Under the pieces are notes generated by a model, which did not search any database, was not told where the DNA came from, and saw only the letters and a program-made list of their open reading frames with translations. A stretch of DNA of 63,722 nucleotides, filler included. It is 7 parts of 7 records of this genome, joined end to end, with 100 filler letters (N's around TTAATTAATTAA, not from the genome) between each part and the next. Parts side by side here need not be neighbours in the genome. Positions count along the whole stretch, not along the records: positions 1 to 27,431 come from SRR2962707_3650; positions 27,532 to 32,739 come from SRR2962707_3656; 5 more parts are not named here. One strand, 5' to 3'. This document shows positions 18,995 to 28,625 of the stretch, in pieces. Positions within the stretch are counted from its first letter, which is position 1. The number at the start of each line of letters is the position of its first letter. The position numbers and the translations under genes are program-made.

Positions 18995-19621
18995 ATGACT
19001 TTGATGACCCACCCACTGGAAATTTCAACGGCTTACATGAAAGCTGCAAGCGAGATCTATTGCCAGCAAGTTCGCACAGCACATGTGTTCGTAGATGCAG
19101 CGATCCATAACCAACTGGCTATTATTGGTCTGGCGCGCCCGATCGGTCTGGGCGTTACGCCTGCGGCAACGCCTACAAAAGCAAAAGAGGTGCCAAACAC
19201 CAAGTTTGCGTCGGCCCGGCCTGTAAAGAAACCAGCGGTTAAGGTCGCGCCCGCTGCCAAACCAGCGCCTAAACCAAAGGCCGTCGCAGCCAAGCCGACG
19301 CCAACCAAGGCGACTCCGGCCAAGACCGCTGTGCCAAAACCCGCATTGAAATCAGTTGCCGCAACCGCGACGCCAGCGCCGACAAAACCTGCGGCTAAAG
19401 CGGCAGCCCCAGCGACGGCCAAGACAGCACCTGTTGCGCCAAAAGCGCCGGTTGCGCCAAAGCCAGCCGCTGCCAAAGCTGCGCCAAAACAAGCGAGCAA
19501 GCCTGCCCCCAAAACGACCGCAGCTGCGCCAAGTGCCAAACCAGCTACAACACGTCGTCGGACGACTGCCAAACCGGCCGCAGCGCCGGGAACCGGGGCG
19601 AAGCCCTCGACCAAGGAGTAA
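18995..19621 (+). CDS. Hypothetical protein with an Ala/Lys/Pro-rich histone-H1-like tail
   Basis: AGGAG RBS. About 50-aa helical N-terminus, then about 150 aa of AKP/KPAA repeats. The ureC RBS (AAGGAG) lies in its last codons. Confidence 0.7.
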   Translation: MTLMTHPLEISTAYMKAASEIYCQQVRTAHVFVDAAIHNQLAIIGLARPIGLGVTPAATPTKAKEVPNTKFASARPVKKPAVKVAPAAKPAPKPKAVAAKPTPTKATPAKTAVPKPALKSVAATATPAPTKPAAKAAAPATAKTAPVAPKAPVAPKPAAAKAAPKQASKPAPKTTAAAPSAKPATTRRRTTAKPAAAPGTGAKPSTKE

Positions 19622-19624
19622 ACC

Positions 19625-21334
19625 ATGCCCGCCAAGATTGCCCGCGCCGATTATGCCGCGATGTTCGGTCCCACCACCGGGGATAAAGTTCGCCTGGCCG
19701 ACACAGATTTGATCATTGAGGTTGAAAAAGACCTCACAAGCTATGGCGAAGAAGTGAAATTCGGCGGTGGCAAGGTCATTCGCGACGGGATGGGGCAATC
19801 TCAGGTCACGCGCGCTGATGGGGCGGTCGATACCGTTATCACCAACGCTCTGATTGTCGACCATACCGGTATTATCAAAGCGGATGTGGGCCTTAAGGGC
19901 GGTCGCATTGTCAAAATCGGTAAGGCAGGCAACCCGGATACCCAACCGGGTGTCGACATCATTGTGGGCCCCGGCACCGAAGCCATTGCGGGCGAAGGTA
20001 AAATTCTGACAGCGGGCGGGTTTGACAGCCACATCCACTTTATTTGCCCGCAACAAATCGACGATGCATTGCATTCTGGTCTGACGACTATGTTGGGCGG
20101 CGGAACCGGGCCGGCACATGGCACATTGGCCACGACCTGCACACCGGGACCGTGGCACATTGGGCGCATGCTGCAAGCGGCGGATTCTTTTGCGATGAAC
20201 CTGGCTTTTGCAGGCAAAGGAAACGCGTCTTTGCCGGGTGGCTTGATCGAGCAAGTTAAAGGTGGGGCTTGTAGCCTTAAACTGCACGAAGACTGGGGCA
20301 CCACCCCTGGTGCCATTGATTGCTGCCTTGGCGTGGCCGACGACATGGATGTTCAGGTGATGATCCACACGGACACCCTGAATGAATCCGGTTTTGTTGA
20401 AAACACTGTTGCGGCGATGAAGGGCCGGACCATTCACGCCTTTCACACCGAAGGGGCAGGCGGCGGGCACGCGCCCGACATCATCAAGATTTGCGGTGAA
20501 GAGTTTGTGTTGCCAAGCTCCACGAACCCAACCCGTCCTTACACGGTCAACACACTGGAAGAGCATTTGGATATGCTGATGGTGTGTCACCACCTTGACA
20601 AGTCTATTCCAGAAGATGTGGCCTTTGCCGAAAGCCGCATTCGTAAGGAAACTATCGCTGCCGAAGATATCCTGCACGACATGGGCGCATTCTCGATCAT
20701 CGCGTCTGACAGTCAGGCCATGGGCCGCGTTGGTGAAGTGCTGATCCGCACCTGGCAGACAGCGGACAAGATGAAAAAGCAACGGGGGCGCTTGGCCGAA
20801 GAAACCGGCGATAATGATAACTTCCGCGTCCGTCGTTATATAGCCAAATACACGATCAACCCGTCAATTGCGCATGGTCTGTCGCATGAGATTGGCAGCA
20901 TCGAAGAAGGCAAGCGCGCCGATCTCGTGCTGTGGGATCCGGCGTTTTTCGGCGTGAAGCCCGAAATGGTCTTGATCGGTGGGATGATTGTCTGTGCTCA
21001 GATGGGCGATCCGAATGCTTCCATTCCAACGCCACAGCCGGTCTATACCCGTCCGATGTTTGGGGCATATGGGCGCGCGGTTGAAAACTCTGCCGTGACT
21101 TTTGTCAGCGAAGCGGCCCTGTCAGACGACATTCGCGGCAATCTTGGTCTGGCCAAACAGACAGTGGCCGTGCGCAATACACGCAACATCGGCAAGAAAG
21201 ATCTGATCCACAACAGCGCAACGCCAAAGGTTGAGGTCAATCCGGAAACCTATGAGGTCCGCGCGGATGGTGAATTGCTGACCTGTGAACCAGCAACAGA
21301 GCTGCCAATGGCACAGCGCTACTTCCTGTTCTGA
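19625..21334 (+). CDS. ureC: Urease subunit alpha
   Basis: [41 protein letters not shown] and [10 protein letters not shown] motifs. Confidence 0.99.
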   Translation: MPAKIARADYAAMFGPTTGDKVRLADTDLIIEVEKDLTSYGEEVKFGGGKVIRDGMGQSQVTRADGAVDTVITNALIVDHTGIIKADVGLKGGRIVKIGKAGNPDTQPGVDIIVGPGTEAIAGEGKILTAGGFDSHIHFICPQQIDDALHSGLTTMLGGGTGPAHGTLATTCTPGPWHIGRMLQAADSFAMNLAFAGKGNASLPGGLIEQVKGGACSLKLHEDWGTTPGAIDCCLGVADDMDVQVMIHTDTLNESGFVENTVAAMKGRTIHAFHTEGAGGGHAPDIIKICGEEFVLPSSTNPTRPYTVNTLEEHLDMLMVCHHLDKSIPEDVAFAESRIRKETIAAEDILHDMGAFSIIASDSQAMGRVGEVLIRTWQTADKMKKQRGRLAEETGDNDNFRVRRYIAKYTINPSIAHGLSHEIGSIEEGKRADLVLWDPAFFGVKPEMVLIGGMIVCAQMGDPNASIPTPQPVYTRPMFGAYGRAVENSAVTFVSEAALSDDIRGNLGLAKQTVAVRNTRNIGKKDLIHNSATPKVEVNPETYEVRADGELLTCEPATELPMAQRYFLF

Positions 21335-21499
21335 GATAGGACACCCAATTTGATCAAGCATGTCCGCTAGCCGGATTTGCTTGATCCTACGAACGCCACC
21401 CCGATTTTATTTGCCATTTTAGTGCCTGCAAGACACTGAAGATTGGTCAATTAGCTCTTTAATTCCAGCCCGTACTGCGGGTTTTAGAAAGTCAAAATA

Positions 21500-21994
21500 A
21501 TGACTGAGAACGTTTCTCACACTTTGCGCCGTCAGGGCGACAATTCCGATGCATGGGATGTCTGCTCTCTGAGTTATGAAGATCGGTTTCTGCGCCGCAA
21601 AGTTCTCCATACTGTGAACGGGGCCCATCTGTTGGTGGATTTGGCCCATACAGAGAGCGTGGATCACGGTGACGCGTTCTTGTTGACCGACGGGCGCTCT
21701 GTTGTCGTTCAGGCCGCCGAAGAACCGTTACTCGAGATCACGGGGGATGACCTTGTCCGTATCGCTTGGCATGTCGGCAACCGGCATACCCCGTGCCAAA
21801 TCGAAGCCGGGCGTTTGCTGATCCAACGGGATCACGTGATCGCGGATATGCTGGGACGTATCGGGGCTGTCGTCCGAGAGGTGACAGAGCCGTTTACGCC
21901 AGAGGGTGGGGCCTATGGCCATGGGCGTACACATGGGCATGACCATTCACACAGTCACGGACCCGAGACCCACAGCCATTCCCATGACCATTGA
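21500..21994 (+). CDS. ureE: Urease accessory protein UreE
   Basis: AWHVGNRH, PFTPEGGAY and a poly-His tail. Confidence 0.95.
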   Translation: MTENVSHTLRRQGDNSDAWDVCSLSYEDRFLRRKVLHTVNGAHLLVDLAHTESVDHGDAFLLTDGRSVVVQAAEEPLLEITGDDLVRIAWHVGNRHTPCQIEAGRLLIQRDHVIADMLGRIGAVVREVTEPFTPEGGAYGHGRTHGHDHSHSHGPETHSHSHDH

Positions 21995-22619
21995 TCCTCA
22001 TCTAACTTTACACCAGCTTTTCTCGCCTGCTTTTCCGGTTGGCGCTTTCGCCTATTCCCATGGGCTGGAAGCGGCTGTTCAGACAGGTGTTATTTCCGAC
22101 GTCACGACATTCCGGGCTTGGCTGGACGATGTCCTGACCCACGGGTCAGGATCGGCTGACTCTGTTTTATTCGCCCGCGCCGCACAAGGCGACGATGTGC
22201 TCGACTTGTCCGAGCTGGCCGAAGCCATGACCCCCTCCGCAGAACGGCGCGGCGAAACAATGACACAAGGTCGGGCCTTTTCCGTCTGTGCCCGCGATGT
22301 CTTTGGTGTTGATGTGCCGGATTTGGCCTATCCTGTGGCGGCTGGTCGTGTCGTGCATTTGCTGGGTCTCCCAGTGGAAGATGCCGCGCGGCTGTATCTA
22401 CAAGCGTTTGCGGCCAATATCGTCAGCGCAGGAGTCCGTCTGATCCCGTTAGGCCAGACAGATGGGCAGAGGTTGACCCTTGCCCTTAGTCCGCTTTGCG
22501 CAGAATTGGCGAAAAAGGCGCAAACCGCTAGTCTGGATGACATAGGTGGCTTTGTGCCTATGGTTGATATCATGAGCCAGCGTCACGCAGGCTTGTATTC
22601 CAAGATTTTCCGCTCATGA
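21984..22619 (+). CDS. ureF: Urease accessory protein UreF
   Basis: SPAFPVGAFAYSHGLE, VRLIPLGQTDGQ and SKIFRS C-terminus. Confidence 0.95.
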   Translation: MTIDPHLTLHQLFSPAFPVGAFAYSHGLEAAVQTGVISDVTTFRAWLDDVLTHGSGSADSVLFARAAQGDDVLDLSELAEAMTPSAERRGETMTQGRAFSVCARDVFGVDVPDLAYPVAAGRVVHLLGLPVEDAARLYLQAFAANIVSAGVRLIPLGQTDGQRLTLALSPLCAELAKKAQTASLDDIGGFVPMVDIMSQRHAGLYSKIFRS

Positions 22620-22667
22620 GTACTGCTGCTATGAGCCCCCTGATAATGACTGATCGAGGTTTCTGAT

Positions 22668-23303
22668 ATGCCCTCTCCGAATGGACCGTTGCGTGTAGGC
22701 TTGGGTGGCCCTGTCGGCGCTGGTAAAACGACGCTCACAGCCGCGCTATGCCGTGCTTTGAAAGACCGTGTTTCCATGGCGGTCATCACGAATGACATTT
22801 ACACGCAGGAAGATGCCGAAGCGTTGATGCGCCTTCAGGTTTTGCCGTTGGAACGGATCAAGGGTGTTGAAACAGGGGGCTGTCCACACACAGCCATTCG
22901 CGAAGATGCCTCTATCAATCTGGCGGCTATTGCCGAGTTGAATGAGGCGATCCCAGATCTGGACTTGATCCTGATTGAATCCGGTGGTGACAACCTTTCC
23001 GCGACTTTCAGCCCGGAATTGGCAGATGTTACTATCTATGTGATCGATGTGGCGGCGGGCGAAGAAATCCCGCGTAAAGGCGGCCCTGCCATCACACGGT
23101 CTGATATTCTGGTCATCAACAAGACCGATCTTGCTCCCTATGTAGGGGCGTCTCTTGAAGTCATGGATCGTGACGCAACCCGCATGCGGGCAGGGCGTCC
23201 GTTCGTCTTTTCTTCCTTGCGCAAGGGCGAGGGAGTGGACCAGATTGTTGAGCTTCTGTGCAATATCGGCGGTCTCGCCTTGGCCGACGTCGCGGCAGAA
23301 TAA
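22668..23303 (+). CDS. ureG: Urease accessory GTPase UreG
   Basis: [22 protein letters not shown] and NKTD motifs. Confidence 0.98.
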   Translation: MPSPNGPLRVGLGGPVGAGKTTLTAALCRALKDRVSMAVITNDIYTQEDAEALMRLQVLPLERIKGVETGGCPHTAIREDASINLAAIAELNEAIPDLDLILIESGGDNLSATFSPELADVTIYVIDVAAGEEIPRKGGPAITRSDILVINKTDLAPYVGASLEVMDRDATRMRAGRPFVFSSLRKGEGVDQIVELLCNIGGLALADVAAE

Positions 23304-24134
23304 TCAAAGCCGCCAGATGCGCGTGGCATTTGCGCTGAACAGTTTGGCGCGTTCTTCTTTGGACGCGCCGGACATCAGGGCATAAGTGGCGGCGACCCAC
23401 TGTTCCAGTGAGGCGTTCAGCGTGCAGACTGGGCTGTCTGAGCCCCAAACCACACGATCCCAGCCGAAGGCCTGTATCACGTGCTCGACATAGGGGCGCA
23501 ACGTGTCCAGCGTCCAAGAGCCGCCAGTATAGGCCGTAATGCCCGAGATTTTGGCGGCGACGTTAGGGCGTTTGGCCAGCTCCGTGATATCAGACGCCCA
23601 GTCAGAATATCCGTTGCCCGCAATATCCGGCACACCGCAGTGGTCCAAAACAAATTGCGTGCCCGGCGCGGCATCTGCCAAAGCCATGGCCAAGGGCAAT
23701 TGCTGCGCCAATACGCACATATCAAAGGGCAGGCCCTTTTGCCCCATAGCCCGGGTGTTTTCGCGAAACAGGTTCGACTGAGAGAGCGCGTCAGGCACCA
23801 CATGCAGGACACGGCGCAGTCCTTTGACAACTGTCCTATCAAGACCATCCAGCCACGCATCGAAGCCTTCAAGCTCTGGACGGGCCGATGAAATCGCGCC
23901 CAGCATCAAGCTGTCTGGTTCTTGCATCAACTGTTGAACACAGGCCGTTTCAGCATCGATGTCCGCCTCTGCGACATCGACCTCCATGTGGAGCACCCCT
24001 GAAATTCCGACCCGACGGGCCACAAGAGCATAGTCGCGATAGCTCCAATCGCGGTCCAGCGCCGGGGCATCTGCAAGCCAAGGGTAAGACAGCCTGGCTT
24101 TGTCTATCAAATGAAGATGCGTGTCGATCAGCAT
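23304..24134 (-). CDS. Amidohydrolase_2/COG3618 sugar-lactone lactonase-like protein
   Basis: IDTHLH, LDHCGVP, KISG and FGWDRVVWGSDSPV motifs. GGAGG RBS before ATG 24134. Confidence 0.85.
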   Translation of the reverse strand: MLIDTHLHLIDKARLSYPWLADAPALDRDWSYRDYALVARRVGISGVLHMEVDVAEADIDAETACVQQLMQEPDSLMLGAISSARPELEGFDAWLDGLDRTVVKGLRRVLHVVPDALSQSNLFRENTRAMGQKGLPFDMCVLAQQLPLAMALADAAPGTQFVLDHCGVPDIAGNGYSDWASDITELAKRPNVAAKISGITAYTGGSWTLDTLRPYVEHVIQAFGWDRVVWGSDSPVCTLNASLEQWVAATYALMSGASKEERAKLFSANATRIWRL

Positions 24135-24170
24135 GTGGCCTCCAAAAACTCTGTCCAATTCCTACTCGAC

Positions 24171-24227
24171 CTTGACAGGTGTTGAAAGTCAAGTTTAGAT
24201 ATAAAAGCACGTTCCGAATATGAAATT
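24171..24227. promoter_or_regulatory. Divergent promoter region with opposed -35 boxes and a candidate operator
   Basis: CTTGAC-N11-GTCAAG at 24171-24193 gives TTGACA on + and TTGACT on -. Imperfect palindrome TTCCGAATATGAAA at 24212-24225. Confidence 0.4.
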
Positions 24228-24287
24228 CAGATCGTTTTTAGACGGGGCCCGTTGCAAACGGGCGCCGTCGAATAGGGAGGAACTACC

Positions 24288-25595
24288 ATGAAATCATTCG
24301 TAGGCGGCTCGTTGGCCGTATTGCTTGGCCTTTCCGCGGCTCCTGCAGCCTTGGCAGCAGGCGAATTCGATGGCGTGATGATTGATGCAAAGCTTATTGG
24401 CGGTCAGCAGTACGAGGCGCTCTATGCTCGTATTTCTGAGTGGGAGGCCCAGACGGGTGCCAAGGTGAACATCATCTCGTCCAAAAATCACTTTGAACTG
24501 GACAAGGAATTTAAGTCAGACATCGCGGCCGGTACCACCAAATGGTGCGTTGGTTCGAACCATTCGTCTTTTGCCTCGCAATACCCATCGCTTTACACAG
24601 ACCTGTCGCCCTATGTTTCGGCGGAAACGGTAAGTGAATATGTCGACGCCAATATCGCAGCGGCGACTTTGGGGGACCGGTTGGTCATGTTGCCACGGGC
24701 GCAGTTTGACGTATCGGCGCTGTATTATCAAAAATCGCTCTATGAAGACGCAGCGAAAGCAGCAGAGTTCAAGGCGGCTTATGGCTATGACCTGAAAGTC
24801 CCGGAAACCTGGCAGCAAGTGTCGGATCAGGCGAAGTTCTTCACGGATGCGCCTAACTTCTACGGCACACAATATGCCGGTAAAGACGAAGCAATTGTCG
24901 GGCGTTATTATGAAATGGTCGTCGCAGAAGGCGGTATGCTGTTTAACGATGACTTTACGCCAGCCTTCAACTCTGACGCGGGTAAACGCGCTTTGAAATG
25001 GTTTGCGGACCTTTATGACGCGGGTGCGGTTCCTCCGGGAACCACAAACTACTTGTGGGACGATTTGGGCAACGGCATGGCCTCAGGCACGATTGCGTTG
25101 AACTTGGATTGGCCAGGTTGGGCGGGGTTCTTTAACGATCCGTCAGCGTCCAAAGTGGCGGGCAATCTGGGTGTCGCGCCAGCGCCAAAAGGGTCTTCCG
25201 GGGCACGGACAGGCTGGTCTGGGTTTCACGGATTCTCGGTCACCGAAGACTGTGCCACCAAAGAAGCCGCAGCCTCATTGGTCGTTTTCTTGACCAACGA
25301 AGACAGCCAGATGTTGGAAAGCTCGGCTGGTCCGCTTCCGACACGTGACGCCGTCTGGGATCATGTGACCGAACAGGCAAAGGGTGATGCGTTCAAGTCC
25401 GAAGTGCTGGCGGCATTCAAAGAGACGGCCAAAACGGCGTTTGCGGTCCCCGCGACTCCGTATTGGATCGAAGCGACAAACCTGATCTATCCAGAACTGC
25501 AGGCCGCAATTCTGGGTGACAAAACCATCGACGAAGCTTTGGCGGATGCCGAAGAAGCCGTTGATGAAATGATGCAGGAAAACGGGGTCTACTGA
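24288..25595 (+). CDS. Sugar ABC transporter substrate-binding protein
   Basis: Sec signal, CUT1-type SBP size, and two permeases directly downstream. GGAGG RBS. Confidence 0.9.
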   Translation: MKSFVGGSLAVLLGLSAAPAALAAGEFDGVMIDAKLIGGQQYEALYARISEWEAQTGAKVNIISSKNHFELDKEFKSDIAAGTTKWCVGSNHSSFASQYPSLYTDLSPYVSAETVSEYVDANIAAATLGDRLVMLPRAQFDVSALYYQKSLYEDAAKAAEFKAAYGYDLKVPETWQQVSDQAKFFTDAPNFYGTQYAGKDEAIVGRYYEMVVAEGGMLFNDDFTPAFNSDAGKRALKWFADLYDAGAVPPGTTNYLWDDLGNGMASGTIALNLDWPGWAGFFNDPSASKVAGNLGVAPAPKGSSGARTGWSGFHGFSVTEDCATKEAAASLVVFLTNEDSQMLESSAGPLPTRDAVWDHVTEQAKGDAFKSEVLAAFKETAKTAFAVPATPYWIEATNLIYPELQAAILGDKTIDEALADAEEAVDEMMQENGVY

Positions 25596-25607
25596 TCCTG
25601 AACTTGC

Positions 25608-25632
25608 GGACGGCGCAACCACTGCGCCGTCC
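25608..25632 (+). other. Intercistronic stem-loop after the SBP gene
   Basis: GGACGGCGCA-accac-TGCGCCGTCC is a perfect 10-bp stem with no U-tract; probably an mRNA-stabilising hairpin. Confidence 0.6.
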
Positions 25633-25664
25633 AAACTGCACCCTTTGCGCTGAACGGATGCTTT

Positions 25665-26561
25665 ATGACTCGCCCCAAGTTGCCCCCATGGCTGGTGCTG
25701 TTGCTGCCTGCCATTATCATTCTGGCCGCCGTCGTCCTGATCCCGCTGTTGCTGTCGCTGTATTCCAGCTTCACCAGTTATCGGCTGACGCGGCCTGAAA
25801 CGATTACCAATTGGATTGGAACGTTCAACTACGAAAAAGCCTTTAAGGATGACAACTTTTGGGCCGCCTTTGGCCGCACGGTTTTGTTCCTGACGATTGC
25901 TTTGAATTTGGAAATGTTGCTGGGTTTGGGCTTGGCGATAATGGTGTCCAAAGTCACACGCGGCCAACGTGCGCTGCGCACCCTGATGATGTTCCCGATG
26001 ATGTTTTCGCCTATTCTGGTGGGATTTCAGTTCAAATTCATCTTCAATGACAATGTGGGTCTGGTGAACAACGCCCTGCAATCCTTGGGGCTCAGCAACA
26101 CAGCCATCCCTTGGCTGGTGGATGGAAAACTGGCGCTGTTCTCTATCATTTTTGCCGAAGTTTGGATGTCCACATCTGTCTTTGGTATTTTGATCCTTGC
26201 AGGGCTTTTCGCCATACCACAAGATCCGCTCGAGGCGGCCAAGGTGGATGGGTGCACGCCATGGCAAAGCTTTCGATACGTGACATTGCCGTTTTTGATG
26301 CCCTTTATCTATATCGCCATGGCTATCCGGTCGCTGGATGTGGCGCGGGCCTATGACATGGTTCAGATCATGACAAATGGCGGCCCCGCACGACGGACAG
26401 AGCTGTTGTGGACCATGATCGGACGCACCGGCTATGTGGATGCCAAGATGGGATATGCCAATGCGATGGGCTATATTTCGATCTTTTTGGCCATCTTCTT
26501 CACCATCTATTTTTTCAAAAAGCTGACCGCCGCGCGGAACGAGCTTGGCATGGGGGACTAA
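25665..26561 (+). CDS. Sugar ABC transporter permease (MalF-like)
   Basis: EAA motif EAAKVDGCTPWQSFRYVTLP, with about 6 TM segments. Confidence 0.92.
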   Translation: MTRPKLPPWLVLLLPAIIILAAVVLIPLLLSLYSSFTSYRLTRPETITNWIGTFNYEKAFKDDNFWAAFGRTVLFLTIALNLEMLLGLGLAIMVSKVTRGQRALRTLMMFPMMFSPILVGFQFKFIFNDNVGLVNNALQSLGLSNTAIPWLVDGKLALFSIIFAEVWMSTSVFGILILAGLFAIPQDPLEAAKVDGCTPWQSFRYVTLPFLMPFIYIAMAIRSLDVARAYDMVQIMTNGGPARRTELLWTMIGRTGYVDAKMGYANAMGYISIFLAIFFTIYFFKKLTAARNELGMGD

Positions 26562-26564
26562 GAG

Positions 26565-27431
26565 ATGGCGAGTGTTCAAACCCATCGTTCGCGTAAGCGC
26601 CTGTTACGCTTTGCGCATTTCTTTGGTCTGTTTTTTGCGATGTCGATCATCTGCATTCCCGGGCTTTGGATCGTACTGAATTCTTTTCGACCGACAGTCG
26701 AAATCATGGCCAAGCCACCGGTTTGGATTCCCAATGAATTGAATCTGGATCACTACAGATCGATGTTTGGCGGCGACGGGCAGGGCGGTGTTCCCGTCCT
26801 GACGTATTTCCGCAATTCCATGATCATTTCGGTGACCTCTACCTTGATTGCCCTGTTGGTGGGCATGGGGGGCGGATACGCCTTTGCCCGTTTCAAATTC
26901 AAAGGCAAGGCCGCCATATTCGTTGGTCTTATGGTCACGCGCGCTGTGCCGGGTGTGGCGTTATCCTTGCCCTTGTTCATTCTGTTCGCCCGGATAGGCA
27001 TTATCGACACCCATTTTGGTATGATCCTGGCCTATGTGGCGATGAATGTGCCCTTTACCATCTGGCTGATTGATGGGTTTTTCCGTCAGGTGCCACGAGA
27101 ATTGGCGGAAGCGGCGGAAATTGACGGCTGTACTCGCTGGCAGGCTTTCTGGCGGGTCGAGTTTCCGGTTGCCCGGGCCGGGATTGCCAGCGCTGGTATT
27201 TTTGCCTTCCTGACCTCATGGAATGAATACGCGCTGGCCAGCCAACTCACCCGGTCTGTTTATTCCAAGACAATGCCTGTTGGATTGTTGGATTTCACGT
27301 CGGAATTTACCCTCAATTGGGGGGGCATGTGCGCTCTGGCGGTGTTGATGATCATCCCCGCCCTCATCCTCACCTTCCTCGTACAGAAACACCTCATCGC
27401 TGGCCTGACCTTTGGCGGCGTGAAAGGATAA
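26565..27431 (+). CDS. Sugar ABC transporter permease (MalG-like)
   Basis: EAAEIDGC, WNEY and C-terminal GLTFGGVKG. Confidence 0.92.
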   Translation: MASVQTHRSRKRLLRFAHFFGLFFAMSIICIPGLWIVLNSFRPTVEIMAKPPVWIPNELNLDHYRSMFGGDGQGGVPVLTYFRNSMIISVTSTLIALLVGMGGGYAFARFKFKGKAAIFVGLMVTRAVPGVALSLPLFILFARIGIIDTHFGMILAYVAMNVPFTIWLIDGFFRQVPRELAEAAEIDGCTRWQAFWRVEFPVARAGIASAGIFAFLTSWNEYALASQLTRSVYSKTMPVGLLDFTSEFTLNWGGMCALAVLMIIPALILTFLVQKHLIAGLTFGGVKG

Positions 27432-27531
27432 NNNNNNNNNNNNNNNNNNNNNNNNNNNNNNNNNNNNNNNNNNNNTTAATTAATTAANNNNNNNNNNNNN
27501 NNNNNNNNNNNNNNNNNNNNNNNNNNNNNNN
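27432..27531. other. Artificial contig spacer
   Basis: 44 N + TTAATTAATTAA (stops in all six frames) + 44 N. Confidence 0.98.
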
Positions 27532-28620
27532 CAGAATGGTTGGGCTGATCTGTTCACGCAGACCAATAAACATCTGCCATGGCAATGTCTGTTGCTTTGC
27601 AGATCCAACGAATAGGACAACGACGACTTCGTCGAAAGACGTGATAAAGGCAAAGAGCGCCCCCGAGATCACGCCCGGCAAAATCAATGGCATTTGGACA
27701 CGGAAGAAGGTTGTCACCGGATCTGCACCCATATTCGCCGCAGCTCGTGTCAAAGACCGATCAAAACCGACCAAAGTGGCGGTGACCGTAATGATCACAA
27801 AGGGAATGCCCAAAGCAGCATGCGCAAGGACGACGCCAAAATATGTGCCCTGCAGACCGATACGCGAATAGAAGAAGTACATGCCAGCCGCCGAGATAAT
27901 CAGCGGAACGATCATCGGCGAAATCAAAATGGCCATGATCGCCCGACGAAACGGCACATGCGGCTGACTTAGGCCAATCGCGGCAAGCGTGCCAAACCCG
28001 ACAGACAAGATTGTTGCGACAGGAGCAATCATTAACGAATTGCGCAAAGCCTGCTGCCAATCATCAGACGAGAAGAACTCGCGATAGTGCTTGAGCGAAT
28101 AGCCCGCAGGGTCAAAGCGCAGCATTTCCGGCGTAAAGGTAAAGAAGTCTTGCGCGTTAAAGGACAGCGGCATCACGACGATAATCGGCGTGATCAGGAA
28201 AACGAAAATCGCGCCGCAAAGGATCCGAAAGGTATAGAACCAAAGCACCTGACCAGACGTCAGATACGGTACAAGGTTCATGCGATACCGATTGTACGCG
28301 ATCCAATAGGCATACCATCCCGCAAACCACCCAAACGCGCCCCCTAAGACCAAGCCAGGTAGCCCACCCAAAAAGTAACCCGCTACAAGAATGACTGCAA
28401 AGATCGCCCACCGCAGGGGTTTCTCCATGGAGACGTCAAACACTTGAGAGATCAAATATCCAACCGCGGCCAATGCTAGAAAGCCGATAACGATGCCCAA
28501 AATGCCGGAACCGTTCGCAGTACCAATGAACAGCCCAAAGAAGGCACCAGCCAATCCAACCATTGGCATGGTAAAGGACAGGGGCATTTTTTTCGATTGT
28601 GTCAGTACAAGTTCGCTCAT
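27532..28620 (-). CDS. potC: Polyamine-type ABC permease PotC-like (3' truncated at contig edge)
   Basis: PLSFN, LISPMIVP, RAAANMGADP and FITSFDEVVV motifs. Extra N-terminal TM helices. Confidence 0.85.
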
Positions 28621-28625
28621 GTCCG

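Noticed and set aside
19230-19610. Repetitive DNA suggesting a tandem array or CRISPR
   Set aside because: It is explained by Ala/Lys/Pro codons. No fixed repeat-spacer periodicity and no cas genes were seen anywhere in the window.
19352-20782. 476-aa antisense ORF over ureC, and similar long ORFs at 25275-26585, 43247-44398 and 43260-44438
   Set aside because: These are shadow frames of well-supported GC-rich genes and have no recognisable motifs.
27476-27487. TTAATTAATTAA as a CtrA site or biological palindrome (all six linkers)
   Set aside because: It is identical in every gap and flanked by 44 N on each side: a synthetic six-frame stop spacer.
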